Assembly (NCBI RefSeq): GCF_006345805.1
Contig: NC_043005.1
Span: 65,038,001 to 65,102,000 of the forward strand
Direction of reading: 5' to 3'
DNA length: 64,000 bases
Source: Octopus sinensis
Taxonomy: Eukaryota
The notes below the pieces were generated by a model. That model was given only the letters and a program-made list of their open reading frames with translations. It did no database searches and was not told where the DNA came from. The translations under genes were made by a program, and so were the position numbers. This document shows positions 49,886-63,544 of the stretch, in pieces (the first letter of the stretch is position 1; every line of letters begins with the position of its first letter).

Positions 49886-50825
49886 CAGGGGTTGGGCAAA
49901 ATAATGGAAACACCTTAAAATTTCAAACAAATTTATTTTAATATGGGGTAGGACCGCCTTTGGCAGTAATTACAGCTTGAATTCTACGAGGTATGGACTC
50001 GTACAAAGTTTCAATTGTTTCCAAAGGGATTTTTGTCCATTCTTCAGCTAAAACAGTCTCCTGTTCTTGTAGTGATGATGGTGGAGGATGTCGACTCCTT
50101 ACTTGTTTTTCTAAAATGCACCATAAATGTTTAATAATATTGAGATCTGGGGACTGTGGTGGCCAGAAAAATGTTCAACTTCACTAGAATGTTCCTTGTG
50201 CCATTCAGTAACAACTTTAGCTGTGTGAATTGGTACATTATCATCCTGACAGACTGCTTTTCCCTCCGGAAACAGTTCCGCAACCATAGGATGAATTTGA
50301 TGAGATAAAATAGTCTTGAATATAATTCTGCCATAAAGAGAAACCACTGGGCTGGGGAATTGACAAGATATAGCCCAGCCCCGATCATCACAAATCCTCC
50401 TCCATGTTTAACAGTTGGAAGAAGTTGCAGTCTGGGTCAGATGCTTCTTTTGGCTGTCTCCACACACATACTCGGCCGGTGGTCGGAAATAAGGTAAAGA
50501 ATGACTCGTCCGAGAAAACAACATTGTTCCACTGCTGTAGGGACCGGTGCTATCGCTTTTTACTGCACTCTAAATGCTTTGCAACGTTTGTTTTTGAAAG
50601 TAGTGGTTTTCTGATTGCAGCCTTCCGTGAAATCTGGCTTTGTGCGGCTCCTGCCGAACAGTTTTTGTGGAAATTGCAGTAATTTTGGGAGCTGTACTTT
50701 TTAACAATTCACGTAAGAGTCCGACGGTCCCTATCTGAAAGCTTTGGTTTTCTTCCGGAGTTTTGTTTCGACGAAGAGGTTTTTCCATCTTTCTCAAAGG
50801 CTGTCGTTACTTTCGAGACAGTACT
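49886..50825 (-). mobile_element. Tc1-like transposon, 5'-truncated pseudogene with one TIR
   Basis: TA|caggggttgggcaaaataatggaaacacc TIR. TVSKV..NSGRKPK, WNNVVFSDES, AVCQDDNVPIHTAKVVTEW, PQSPDLNII. Confidence 0.9.
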
Positions 50826-51457
50826 GGTGGAATGTCCCAGTGAAGACCAAAATAAAATGTAAGCACAACCGACCTGATATAATGATTTGAGATAGAGAAG
50901 AGAAATTGTGCACAGTTGTGGAAATTAGCTGCTCAACGGATGTTAACATAAAGCTGGAGATCAGTGAAAAAGGGAACACATATGCTGAACTATTGAGAAA
51001 TCTGCAATTACTCTATCTAGATTACAAGTTCAGGTTTATACCTGTAATTATTGGGGCCCTGGGATATGTATCACACTACCTAAATGCCAATCTTGAGAAA
51101 TTAGACTTCTCAAAACCAGAAAGAAGAAAGCTAATTCGAACGCTACAGATCCAACCCATTACTGGAACTATAAAAAATCTGTAAACCTTTCCAGAAGTTT
51201 ATCATTTAAATCTATATGAGCATGTCTAGATTTGCAACTATATGCATTAGAATATATACATAAAACACAAATTTACACATACATTTATACATACATACAT
51301 ACATACATACATACATACATACATACATACATACATACATCCATACAAAAATACCCTGTTGTTGATTTTGAAATTCCAATGAAGGAGCTTTGGATCTAGG
51401 TTAGAAACCGGTTCTTTTTCTATTGGCAAGAAATCTTGAAATTAGCTGAATAGTAAC
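50820..51457 (+). mobile_element. RLE LINE 3' end, copy 2 (longest)
   Basis: YWWNVPVKT..HNRPDIMI..CTVVEISC..KGNTYAELL..FIPVIIGALG. Internal and terminal TACA. Confidence 0.92.
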
Positions 51458-51953
51458 GTACATACATACTTGCTCAAGATGCCACACAGTGGGACTTAGA
51501 AACAAGTATCTCAACCACACAACTACATCTATCTCTCACTCCCCACCTATCTATCTATCAATCCATCTATCTACCGTTCTGTATATCTGTCTGTCAGTCT
51601 GACTGTCTATCTATACGTACACAAATACGTACGTATGTATGATTGTGTGTATTTGTGTGCGTGTGCGTGCGTGTGAGTGTGTGTGTGTGTGTCTTTGTCT
51701 CTGTTTCTTATCATTTGACAGTTAGTACTGGTTTGGTAAGAAAGACCCATAGAATAAGTACGAGATTGAAAATATATACTAGGATCGACTAGACAAGTTA
51801 AAAACCCGCCAACGCGGTGCCCAAACCTGATGATTACAGTCTAATTAACCTGAAGAATATAGAAATAGTGAATGAACTACACATTAGTTTGCAAATGTGT
51901 CGCCTAAGCAGAATATATTCGAACTGTGAAATATAACGTTTTGTAATACAATT

Positions 51954-52339
51954 TCTCTATATATAAAGCTGAAGTTGTTTGTGTGTGGCAGGTTTGGTAG
52001 CCTTCAACTAACACTATCCCCTCCGAGACCCTGCGACACAAGTTGACCAAAATTGAAAGTACGATAGAAGACTTGCTCTTCCTTCTATTGAAGAAAAAAT
52101 TCAAATCGGACCATGTTAACACCAAAAATTATTTACATCAAAAAGGTGCTTTTTTTCTATGAAAATCCTTATTTTTTTACGATTTTTTGACTGCTGTGTC
52201 GCCATTTTTCGGTGTATTTCAACCAGAAAAATGTTCACTTAAAGAGAATGACAAGCTACATAAGGCAAAATTTACTTTTCAAAAATTCCAATTCTAAAGG
52301 GTCGAAACAAACCCGAGCAACGCTGGGCGATACTGCTAG
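51954..52339 (+). mobile_element. Small non-autonomous Helitron
   Basis: 5' tctatatataaag and 3' GC-rich hairpin cccgagcaacgctggg followed by CTAG|T (52336-52340). Confidence 0.65.
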
Positions 52340-53384
52340 TAAGTCTATAAAATGATTTTTCTCCGGGCAAAAACTGAAGCTTCTAGAGCTTCAATTATAC
52401 ATATACATTAAATGCTGCACCTGTAGAGATTTTATAACAGAGCAGCTTCTATTGTATAATTTTAGTACATCTATATATGTGAATATACGTGCGCACGTCT
52501 GTGCGTGTGTGTATGTGAGTGAGTGAGTGTGTGTGTGTGTGTGTGTGTGAATGTGTACGTAACTATATGTGTGTATGTATGTATGTATATATATATATGT
52601 GTGTGTGTATACATGTATATTCTTTTTAGAGAAAGAGCTTTCTTTAGAGAGATGGAAAGAGAGAGAAAGTAAGAGGTAATGACAGAGAGAGAGGGAGAGA
52701 GAGATAAAGAGGGAGAGAGAGAGAGAGGGAAATAGATGGACTGAGAGATCTTAGTTCATTTTTGTTCTAGCAAATATTCTCTATTCATTTTCTATTTGCT
52801 AAGTCTCATGTATGCTGAAGCTAAGACAAAGCAACTTTACCCGTGATAATGATGCTTCTTGAGGCAGAAAGACCTGTCCAGACATGTCCTCCCGTCTCCA
52901 AAATATTAGACCCTCTTTTCCTTAATGGCATGTCAATTCCATAGAGTTTTTGATTTTTGAAATTATCTTCCTTTCATATTCAGAATCGGTTGAGATTGCC
53001 ACCGGCCCATTGTTTGCCATCCCTCGAAGCAAAACAAGTTCCTATAGATCAAAAGTGTATCTTATATTACATTTATCATGTTCTCGTATTCGTTGTCAAC
53101 ATTCATGCCCATAGCCACTTTTAGTTATAACTCGTTGCTTGTTTTTGTTTTAATTATATACGTGTGTGTAAGTTTGTGCATGTGTATGTATGCATTACAT
53201 ACATACACACATATATATACACCAACCTACCAACCAAGCTAAATACCTACCTACATACACACATACATACACACATACATACATACATACATACACACAC
53301 ACATACATACATACACACATACATACATACATACTACATACATACATACATACATACATACATACATACATACATACATACATA

Positions 53385-53540
53385 GATATCCTCATGGGGC
53401 ATAGTAAGGTTGAACTTGGGATCTTGGGTGGAGAATGCAAATCCTTAATTCATATCCTACAGATTATCGCGATTTCCGGAACAATAAACATCTTAAAATT
53501 TAAGGAATGATGATTAAAACAAGATCCTTTCCTTTACAAC
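53385..53540 (+). mobile_element. Divergent sister of the TACA-associated RLE LINE, extreme 3' end
   Basis: ELGILGGECKSLIHILQIIAISGTINILK aligns with LEKLDF..RRKLIRTLQIQPITGTIK. TACA tract on the 5' side and TACA units on the 3' side. Confidence 0.6.
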
Positions 53541-53807
53541 CTACATACATATATGCATTCATACATACAGCTGAAGATTTTAGCTTCAACATTTCTTTAA
53601 GGTTTGTTGTTGTATAAACCAACTAAGTTCGCAATCCGCAGACACGTAGACAGTCAGTTGGACGGCCGAAACATAAGGTTCTTGAAGGTTGTCTTTCCCG
53701 TGTGATTTACTTTGTACACTATGATGTGAAGTGGTTAAATATTTGAATTTGTTATATTTGGGAATGGATATGTTTTGAATGTGTGTATACGTGAAGAGTT
53801 ATTTTAT

Positions 53808-53843
<36 letters not shown>

Positions 53844-53849
53844 ATAATA

Positions 53850-54160
53850 CTGTTGTTAATAATAAGGTGCTGAAACCTATTTGAAAATGATACCAGGCTT
53901 ACCAGCCTTACAGGAAGTGCAAAAAATCGTGTCAACTGGAACAACTCACGCACTGAGAAGAGCAAAATCGTTGTGAGAATAGCATCCATTCATGAATTTA
54001 TTTATTTATTAATAATATATTTATTATTTTTTTAAATACATATTTTACCTGTGAATTTGCGTCCGTAATCTGGTAATGCAAGCAATGAGTTTCTCTGCCC
54101 TAGGTGTACGGAAAACACCCGGCGAGAAATGGAAGAAAATTTGAAGAAAGCAAAAAACAA
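53850..54160 (+). mobile_element. R4/Dong-like LINE 3' end (family X), ending in (TAA)n
   Basis: YLKMIPGLPALQEVQKIVSTGTTHALRRA, then 3' UTR and (AAT)n 54160-54446. Confidence 0.75.
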
Positions 54161-54270
54161 TAATAATGATAATAATAATATAATAATAATAATAATATAA
54201 TAATAAAATAATAAATAATAATAATAATAATAATGATGATGATGATAATAATATAATAATGATAATAATA

Positions 54271-54330
<60 letters not shown>

Positions 54331-54374
54331 TAAATAATGATGATGATGAAATAATAATAATAATGATAATAATA

Positions 54375-54446
<72 letters not shown>

Positions 54447-54448
<2 letters not shown>

Positions 54449-56555
54449 GGTTGTAAAGATCAACTACTCATCAATAAGATGATCTTAGAAGATTGTCACA
54501 AACGACACTAAAACTTATTAATAGCCTGGATAGACTATAAAAAGGCTTTTGATAGCCTACCACATAGCTGGATTAAGAAATGCCTAGAAATGTATAAGAT
54601 AGCACCTACTCTGCGAAACTTTTTGTCTGTAAGTATGAGATCATGGAGAACCACACTAACTTTGAACAGTGACAATGAATCTCTAAATGCGGGTGATGTA
54701 AAAATTTCTTGTGGCATTTTCCAGGGTGACTCACTATCACAACTCCTCTTCTGTTTAGCCTTAATACCTATCTCAAAACTGCTCAATGACGCGCAGTACG
54801 GATATAAAATGTTTGATAAAAATATAAATCATCTCATTTACATGGATGATTTAAAGCTCTTTGCAAAAAATGACCAACAACTCAAGAGCTTACTAGCGAT
54901 TGTCAAACAATTCAGTGATGACATCAGAATGCAATTTGGCCTCGATAAATGTGCAAAGGAAAAATGACAGAAACACCTAACGTTAACCTTGACTAGCAGA
55001 ATGTCATAAAAGAATTAGACCCAGCGGAGAACTACAAGTATCTAGGGGTAATTAAAGGAGACGGAATAAGGCATTCAGAGATGAAGTAAAAGATCAGGAG
55101 AGAATGTTATCGCAGAGTAAGAGCACCACTCAAGACAGAGCTGAATGCGAGAAACAGGATCGAAGCGATCAATGCATTAGCCATACCAGTCGTGACTTAC
55201 AGTTTCAATATCGTTAACTGGTCAATTACTGAAATATGTAATCTTGACAGAAAAATACGAAAACTGTTGACAATGCATACAATGCACCACCCTAAGGCAG
55301 ATACAGAACGACTTTATCTGCAAAGAAAAGTGGGAGGCCGTGGACTTTTACAACTGGCAATAACAATGAAGATTGCTACAATTGGCCGAGACACCTACCT
55401 GAAAAACTCTGAGGACTGGATGTTAAAACTTGTCTCAAAACATGAAAACAAGAAAGCATCATACTCAGTAACAAAACAGGCAAAGGAATATCTAAGTGAA
55501 TTCCGAATACAACCAATTTCGGAATTAGAGATAGACATACAAGAAACAAGCACAGAAAAAGCTAAGCGCATGAAAACCCGTGCTAAATCTTCGGCCTTAG
55601 ATATTCTGAATGATAAATGGCAAGAAAAACCTCTCTATGGCAAATACCCAAAGAGAGCGAATAATGCAGATGTTGACAAAGCCCTGACCCATCAATGGCT
55701 AATGGCCTCTGGCTTAAAATCTGAAACAGAGGGGTTTATCATAGCAGCTCAAGATCAATGCCTACCAACAAGAAACTACCAGGCCAACATATTAAAGATC
55801 GGCAGTAGCCCAACATGTCGTGTATGTCAGCAACAAAATGAAACCATTGATCATGTGGTCTCCAAGTGCAGTCTTCTAGCGCCTACAGAGTATCTCAACA
55901 GGCATGATAGAGCTGCACAATATATTCACTGGGTAATCTGCAAAAACCTGGATTTGCCCCATGAGCAAAACTGGTGGGAACACAAACCACCTCCAGTGCT
56001 TGAAAATGACCACATCTCACTCCTCTGGAACTTCACCATTCAAACTGACAGAAAGATAGATGCAAATAGGCCAAACATCATATTGAAAAACTTCAAACAA
56101 AGAACATGCCTCCTCATTGATATGACTGTCTCAATCGATATAAACGTATCTGCCAAGACCTACCAAAAATTGAGCAAATATAAAGATCTTGAAATAGAAA
56201 TCAGCAAAATGTGGAAGCTGAAGACTAAAACAATACCTGTTGTCGTAGGTACCCTGGGAATGATAGCAAAAGGGGCTGATTGCTACCTAACTCAGATACC
56301 AGGAACCTCAAAATGGCAGAAATTCAAAAGATAGTGCTCATGGGAACTGCTCATATCCTACGCAAAATACTTTCTATGTAATCTCGAGGTTTAAAACAAA
56401 CATTTGTTTTAGACATCCACTAATACAACACAAAAAACAACCAAATATATGGCACACTAGGCATAACAACAACGTGAACTTCAAACCTCTTGTCTCTTGA
56501 GGTCTCTGGGTGAGACTTGGAGCCAACTTGTACAAATATAAGGCAAAAGTCAAAC

Positions 56556-56558
<3 letters not shown>
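54447..56558 (+). mobile_element. 5'-truncated R4/Dong-like RLE LINE (family Y) embedded in (TAA)n
   Basis: CKDQLLINKMIL, AWIDYKKAFDS.PH, GIFQGDSLS, HLIYMDDLKLF, RKVGGRGL, CRVC..ETIDHVVSKC, RHD, DANRP, KYKDL, IPVVVGTLG. (AAT)n on both sides. Confidence 0.93.
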
Positions 56559-56609
<51 letters not shown>

Positions 56610-56610
<1 letters not shown>

Positions 56611-56888
56611 CCAGGAAACCCCAAAATGGCAGAAATCCAAAAGATAGTGCTCATGGGAACTGCTCATATCCTACACAAAATACTCTCTATGTAATCTCAA
56701 GGTTTAAAACAAACTTTTTTTTTTAAATTTATTTATTAAACATTCACTAGTACAATACCAAAAAAAAACCCCATTTATATGGCACACTAGGTATAACAAC
56801 AACGTGAACTTCCAACATGTTGTCTCTTGAGGTCTCTGGGTGAGACTTGGAGCCAACTTGTACAAACATAAAGCAAAAGTCAAACATA
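56610..56888 (+). mobile_element. Second family-Y 3' end, followed by (GAA)n-(CAA)n-(TAA)n
   Basis: Near-copy of 56298-56558 with the same terminus gcaaaagtcaaacata. Confidence 0.92.
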
Positions 56889-57020
56889 GAAGAAGAAGAA
56901 GAAGAAGAAGAAGAAGAAGAAGAAGAAGAAGAAGAAGAAGAAGAAGAAAAAGAAAAACAAGAAGAAGAAGAAGAAGAAGAAGAAGAAGAAGAAGAAGAAG
57001 AAGAAGAAGAGAAGAAGAAG

Positions 57021-57051
<31 letters not shown>

Positions 57052-57082
57052 GCAACAACAACAATAATAATAGGTTACTTAC

Positions 57083-57124
57083 ATCGCTGTTCATGAAGCA
57101 ATAAAGAATTGCAAGAAGTAGACC
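57083..57124 (-). CDS. 42-nt TM7 exon of the class B1 GPCR
   Basis: cttttattttacatttcag|GLLLAILYCFMNSD|gtaagt. A phase-0 42-nt exon here is characteristic of secretin-family receptors (GFFVSVFYCFLNSE in CRHR1). Confidence 0.93.
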
Positions 57125-58200
57125 CTGAAATGTAAAATAAAAGTTCTGCAGACTTTCTCAGGTTAATAACGTGAAGTTATATTTTATGCATTTATAATGC
57201 TTCTAACTAACTTTGATTTGCATTGGGAAAAACGAGAATACGAATAGTAACGAATGAAAGAAGCTCCTGAGAGCAAATGCGTTCTTAAAACGAATATATA
57301 GAACATGTAGAAAAAACGCTATGAGAGAAATTTTGGATATTTTTCCCCATATGACAGACATTTTAAATGAACTTGATAGGAAAATGATAGAAGCCATCTG
57401 TACACAAGAATTGAAAAATGTTCGAAAGTAAGAGTTAAAACGTCAGACTATGATTTAATTAATTCTATTAACTGTTTCACCGAAACAAACTCCACCACAC
57501 ACACACACACACACACACACAACACACACACACACACATACACACAGACACACACTCACACTCACACACGCACACTCTCACACACGCACATACTCATACA
57601 CACATACATACATACACACAATTTTACTTTAGATAATTAGTGTTGGCATAGTATGCTAGAACCGTGAATAGTAGTCTTTCAGTGCTATTCCAACATTCAC
57701 TGTCTTCAGCAGACGCACCTGGCTTTATTTTCCGTGACAATTTCTTAGTTATTAGAACTTCGCTCAACCTTGTCAGATGCCATCATTTAGTAACAGAAAA
57801 TAGAAAAGAAAGACTCCAGCTAGTCACAATACATACGGTTTTCTGGATTCTGTATCATTTAATCATTCAATTTCGAAGTGTGATAAGCACACACACACAC
57901 ACACACACACACATGTATGTATATATATATTCATGCAGGCATGCATGTAGTTTTGTTCTCTGATTTTATTTAAATTCTTGAGAGAGTTAAAGCTAGTTGC
58001 TAAGAAAATGACAAGACTATTTGAGTTGAGTGTTCCCGGTATTTGTCACTATATGGTCGCGTTTGTGTGTTGGTTGAACTGTCTATAGATACAGTCAAGT
58101 GTGTGTGTGTGCATCTATTCACATAGGAATCTCATTTGGAGAATTTTTGGAACGTCTAATAAATCTTCACTAGTCACTAATAAATGTATGTATGTATATA

Positions 58201-58330
58201 TGTCATTATTCAGTTTCATTTCAAGATTTCTCTCTAATAGAGAAAGTGCCAGTTTCTAACGTTGATCCAAGGCTCTTTCATTGGAAGTTTAACATCAGCA
58301 ACAGAGTATTTTTGTATGTATGTATGTATG

Positions 58331-58361
<31 letters not shown>

Positions 58362-58401
58362 TGTATGTATTGTATGTATGTATGTGTGTATGTATGTATG
58401 C

Positions 58402-58451
<50 letters not shown>

Positions 58452-58462
58452 ATATATATATA

Positions 58463-58500
<38 letters not shown>

Positions 58501-58842
58501 TACGTGCTTATTTGTATGTTTTGTTTAATATATGTCTTCTGATGTGCATACACTAGACGTGCTCATATAACATACTCATATATGCTTAATTCATAAACTT
58601 TTGGAAAGTTTTACAGATTTTTCAGTTCCAGTGATGGCTTGGATCTGTAATTTTCGAATCAGCTTTCTCTTTTCTGGTTTGAGAAGCCTAATTTCTCAAG
58701 ATTGGTGTTTAGCCAGTGCGTTACATATCCTAGGGCCCCAATAATTACAGGTATAAACCTGAACTTGTAATCTGGATAGAGTAACTACAGATTTCTCAAT
58801 AGCTCAGCGAAGGTATTCACTTTTCCACTGATCTTCAGCTTT
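58201..58842 (-). mobile_element. RLE LINE 3' end in (TACA)n, copy 3
   Basis: Co-linear with copies 1 and 2. 5' junction directly into (TACA)n at 58843. Confidence 0.9.
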
Positions 58843-58853
58843 ATGTATGTATG

Positions 58854-58887
<34 letters not shown>

Positions 58888-58931
58888 TGTATGTATGTAT
58901 GTATGTATGTATGTATGTATGTATGTAGGTA

Positions 58932-59381
<450 letters not shown>

Positions 59382-59384
59382 TAA

Positions 59385-59722
59385 AGGGTAAAGAGCAAAA
59401 GGTCAAGACCCCCCCTCGGTCATGAATGACCATAGTTTTGCACCTAGAAAGTTCGCCTCCGAGGCACAAGTCCGAGTAAGGTTATTTATTAAAGACCAGC
59501 ATACCAGCCTCCCCTCTGTACACCACCGATGTTATCCAATGGAAAGGCAAAGGCCGATACAGCTTGGCATCAGTGACACCGCGACTCATTTCTACAGCTG
59601 ACTAAACTGGAGTAACGTGAAATAAAGTTTCTTGCTCAAGAGCCCAACAGAGCCCGGTCTGGAAATCGAACTCACAACCTCATGATTGTGAACCCGACAA
59701 CCTAACCACTGAGCCATACGTC
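59385..59722 (-). mobile_element. SINE family B (tail type 3)
   Basis: Head tggctcagtggttagg..gagttcgatttcc, core ctcttgagcaagaaactttatttcacg, distinct tail. Confidence 0.8.
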
Positions 59723-59769
59723 TACCTATGTATATATGTATGTCTGTATGTATGTATGACCGCGTATGT

Positions 59770-59965
59770 ACCGTTGGCGATTTTTTTCCATCTGTCTTCC
59801 CTTCTCTGGATCTTTCCTTCTCCTATGTTTCCGACGAAGAGCTCCGCTCAAAACGTTAAATCCTCCTTCTTCCCTTCCTTCCCGAGCGTCCAATAATACT
59901 ATATTTGTTCCACGTCCTCACGTTGTTGTGTTTTCTCTTTGTGTTTTCATGTTTGGATTAACTGT
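59770..59965 (+). mobile_element. Short TATG-flanked repeat with a degenerate HHR-like motif (59827-59860), probable PLE pseudo-LTR
   Basis: ttt-CCGACGA-a-gagc-tcc-gctc-AAAAC-GT-T-aaa. Several core deviations. Confidence 0.45.
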
Positions 59966-60121
59966 ATGTATGTATGTTGTATGTATGTATGTATGTATGT
60001 ATGTATGTATGTATGTATGTATGTATGTATGTAGAAAGAGGGAGATAGAGAGATAGTTTTTAGAAAACAGATAAACTGACGGGTTACAAAGTGAGGCATT
60101 AAAATACAAATTTCCACTCAC

Positions 60122-60257
60122 CTGGGTTGCTTGCAGGAAAGCAATGATATAGCTGAACACTTCTTTTGAAGTCGGTGTGGACCCCGGGTTTACAATAAAG
60201 AGGAGGTAGTTTATACCAAGCAAAGGAATTAAAATTCCAGACGCCCTGAAAGCTTTC
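60122..60257 (-). CDS. TM6-ECL3-TM7a exon of a class B1 CRF/DH44-type GPCR
   Basis: tttctttttctttgattttgaag|G-KAFRASGILIPLLGINYLLFIVNPGSTPTSKEVFSYIIAFLQATQ|gtgagt, 136 nt. PLLG motif; parallels CRHR1 [24 protein letters not shown]...SFQ. Confidence 0.95.
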
Positions 60258-60382
60258 CTTCAAAATCAAAGAAAAAGAAATATTTAAATGTAAACTAGAA
60301 TAAATTACGTCAAATCTATATAACTTAATAAACACTAAATAGCTTTAATTGCACTGCAAAAAAAAAATTAAAACTTTACATT

Positions 60383-60692
60383 AAGGCTGAAGAACGAAAC
60401 AGCCATGTTTCCAAAGGTGAATTATTCAAACCCCAAAGAATTCTTCTCAACACATGACTATGATGCTCTCCCACTACTTCTGTTCGTGATTAGAGATACA
60501 CATATCGGCAACCACCAAGGGACATACTCAACTAGCTAAAGTCAGAAAATTGACAAGCAGATCTGTGGTGTTGAGCAGAATATTTACTGTTGCCCATGTT
60601 TTATCCCAAAACAACACGATGTACGTGATTACACTTCCAATCAATTAAGACAAGAAGCCATGAGAAGCACTGCTTGGTATTGCATCAGGACA
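60383..60692. mobile_element. TTA/TAA-flanked repeat, half copy
   Basis: Near-identical to 61982-62293. Confidence 0.85.
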
Positions 60693-60999
60693 TTAAAACT
60701 TTACAGAAGTATTTGCTTTGAATTTGCGTTGCAGCTATTGGAAGGTGGGCAATCGACTTGGCCCTTTCCTCAAAATCGCTCATCTTGTGCTAAAATATGC
60801 CTTTCATTCTTTTGGGGCTCGATAAAAAAGGCACCAGTTGAGCACTGGGATTGATGTAGCTGACCAATTCCCCCCTTGTGCCAAAATATAAAAGGATTGT
60901 TATTATCACTGTTGTTATTCGGAAAGACTCTCAGTTCTTAATTACCGGTTATTCTTTACTTGAAATCAGGCAATAACAAGTCTCCAAAGGTTTCAAGTA

Positions 61000-61770
61000 G
61001 TGCCGTCTCCAGTGACTCAAAAACGACCGGTTAAATTGCTCGGGGTCTGATTTGGACCTCCAGGTGAACAATGACTAAGGGAGGTGACAAGCAGTGTAGA
61101 CAATCTCACCCAGAAATGGGCAGAGTGAAACTGTCCCTGTGCTTCCATCATCTCCTACCGCCTGACCGTCGTCCCCTGCCTCACTTCATGCCTGATAAGT
61201 TGGAGAGCGTGCTTTTCTACTTTCTATGGAAGAGACGTGTTCCACTCGTTAGACGGTCCAGCTTGTCTCATTGATGGTGCTACAGTCCTGGATCAAGTGT
61301 AGTCCAAGAAAGGGCGTTTGGCACCTGGGGTGTCGGTAAGCGCTCACAGCTTTCTTCCAGTCGGGCAACACAGTCGGTGGAAATTCAACCATGGAGCTCT
61401 ATAGGATGTTAGTGGAGGGAAAGAGTGACGATGTACTCGAGGAAACTCTGCGTGTCGGGAGGGATCAACTAACTGGTATTTTCTGGAGGACTTTTGGAAC
61501 AGAGCCTATGGATAACTTCCAGAAGTCCCTGGCCTGACAGTGAAACAGGAGAGCTCAGTAGGTTCGAGAAAGCTTTAGAGACACGGACCTGTCCGTGGTG
61601 TGCGCAGGGAGACGAAACCATCCTGCTTGCATTCGTCCAGTGTCGGTACATTACTGACTCGTGGAGCTTTGTCTAACGGCTGTTGTCACGTGTAGGACGG
61701 ATACGGTTAACAGACGAGTCTATTCTGAGCACTCTTCTTAGGCCGGGAGGGAAAGACAGTTTTCCTCGGC
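61000..61770 (+). mobile_element. L1/Tx1-clade LINE 3' fragment, degraded
   Basis: PVKLLGV, LESVLFYFLWKRRVPLVRRS and CPWCAQGDETI..FVQC..W (CCHC-like). Confidence 0.7.
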
Positions 61771-61777
61771 TGTAGTG

Positions 61778-62293
61778 AATATACCTATCATGCCAATATA
61801 CCTATCATGACCACCCATCTAATAAGTGTACACCACGCACATGCATCACAACCACATGTGGGAGACATGGCGATCTTATATCAAGATAAACACCACACAT
61901 CCATGCAGGTGGGGCCCAGTCAGAATTTTCTTCGGGTTGTGTAGCCCATCCCGCTCAAAAGATCCTTGAATAAGGTTTCTTTAAGGCTGATGAACGAAAC
62001 AGCCATGTTTCCAAAGGTGAATTATTCAAACTCCAAAGAATTCCTCTCAACACATGACTATGATGCTCTCCCACTACTTCTGTTCGTGATTAGAGATACA
62101 CATATCGGCAGCCACCAAGGAACATACTCAACTAGCTAAGGTCAAACAATTGACAAGCAGATCTGTGGTATTGAGCAGAATATTTACTGTTGCCCATGTT
62201 TTATACCAAAACAACAAGATGTACGTGATAACACTTCCAATCAATTAAGACAAGAAGCCATGAGAAACACTGCTTGGTATTGCATCAGGGCAT
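61778..62293. mobile_element. TTA/TAA-flanked repeat, near-full copy
   Basis: Homologous to 13354-13983. Ends tgcatcagggca, then compound (TTA)/(TCA)n to ~62780. Confidence 0.88.
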
Positions 62294-62331
62294 CATTATG
62301 ATTATGAATATTATTATTATTATTATTATTA

Positions 62332-62377
<46 letters not shown>

Positions 62378-62378
62378 A

Positions 62379-62413
<35 letters not shown>

Positions 62414-62433
62414 TATTTATTATTATTATTATT

Positions 62434-62468
<35 letters not shown>

Positions 62469-62624
62469 TATCATTATCATTATTATTATATTATTATTAT
62501 TTATTATTATTATTATTATTTGTTTGGATTTTGCTTTGTGTTTATACAAGTTGACTCGAAGTCTTATAAGTTACAAGTTCAAGTCGGTATTATGATTACG
62601 GTGGTTAATAACTTCCATCTTTTT

Positions 62625-62741
<117 letters not shown>

Positions 62742-62785
62742 TATTATTATTATCATCATCATCATCATCATCGTATTATTAAGTT

Positions 62786-62935
62786 GGCGAGCTGGCAGAA
62801 TCATTAGCACGTCGGGCGAAATGCTTAGCGATATTTCGTCTGCTGCTACGTTCTGAGTTCCAATTCCGCCGAGGTTGACTTTGCCCTTTATCATTTCGGA
62901 GTCGATATAATTAAGTAAACACTGGAGTCAATGGA
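62786..62935 (+). mobile_element. SINE family C, 3'-truncated
   Basis: ggcgagctggcagaatc..gagttccaattccgccgaggttgactttgccc. Confidence 0.8.
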
Positions 62936-63160
62936 TTATTAGAAAGGATTATTATTGTTGTTGTTGAAGATGTTATGTGACTTCAAATTCGTTCAAGATC
63001 GATTTTGCCTTTCATCCTTTCGTGGTCAAAAAAAAAAACGCTTCAGTTGATTATTGGGGTCAATTTTAAATTGACTAAGCCCCTCTCTCAAAATTTAAAG
63101 CTTTGTGCCAACTGCAGAAAGAATTATTGTTGCTGTAGCTGTGGTTGATTTCATTACCGT

Positions 63161-63352
63161 TACTCTTTTACTCTTTTACTTGTTTCAGTCATTTGCCTGT
63201 GGCCATGCTGGAGCATCTCCTTTAGTCGAGCAAATCGACCCCAGGACTTATTCTTTGTAACGAGGTGTTTACGGGGACGTAAACACACCACCATCGGTTG
63301 TCAAGTGATGTTGGGGGACAAACACAGACACAGAAACATATACACACATACA

Positions 63353-63429
<77 letters not shown>

Positions 63430-63544
63430 CATATATATACGACGGGATTCTTTCAATTTCTGTCTACCAAATCAACTCACAAGGCTTTGGTCGGCCCGAG
63501 GCTGTAGTAGAAGACACTTGCCTAAGGTGCCACGCAGTGGAACT
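63161..63544 (-). mobile_element. SINE family A, head-truncated
   Basis: Tail, body and internal microsatellite match family A. Confidence 0.88.

Noticed and set aside
52840-53053. Alternative terminal exon ELVLLRGMANNG...TCH* or a lectin-like exon
   Set aside because: The phase-0 acceptor is plausible, but there is no helix-8 similarity, other frames have stops and an equally good acceptor exists on +.
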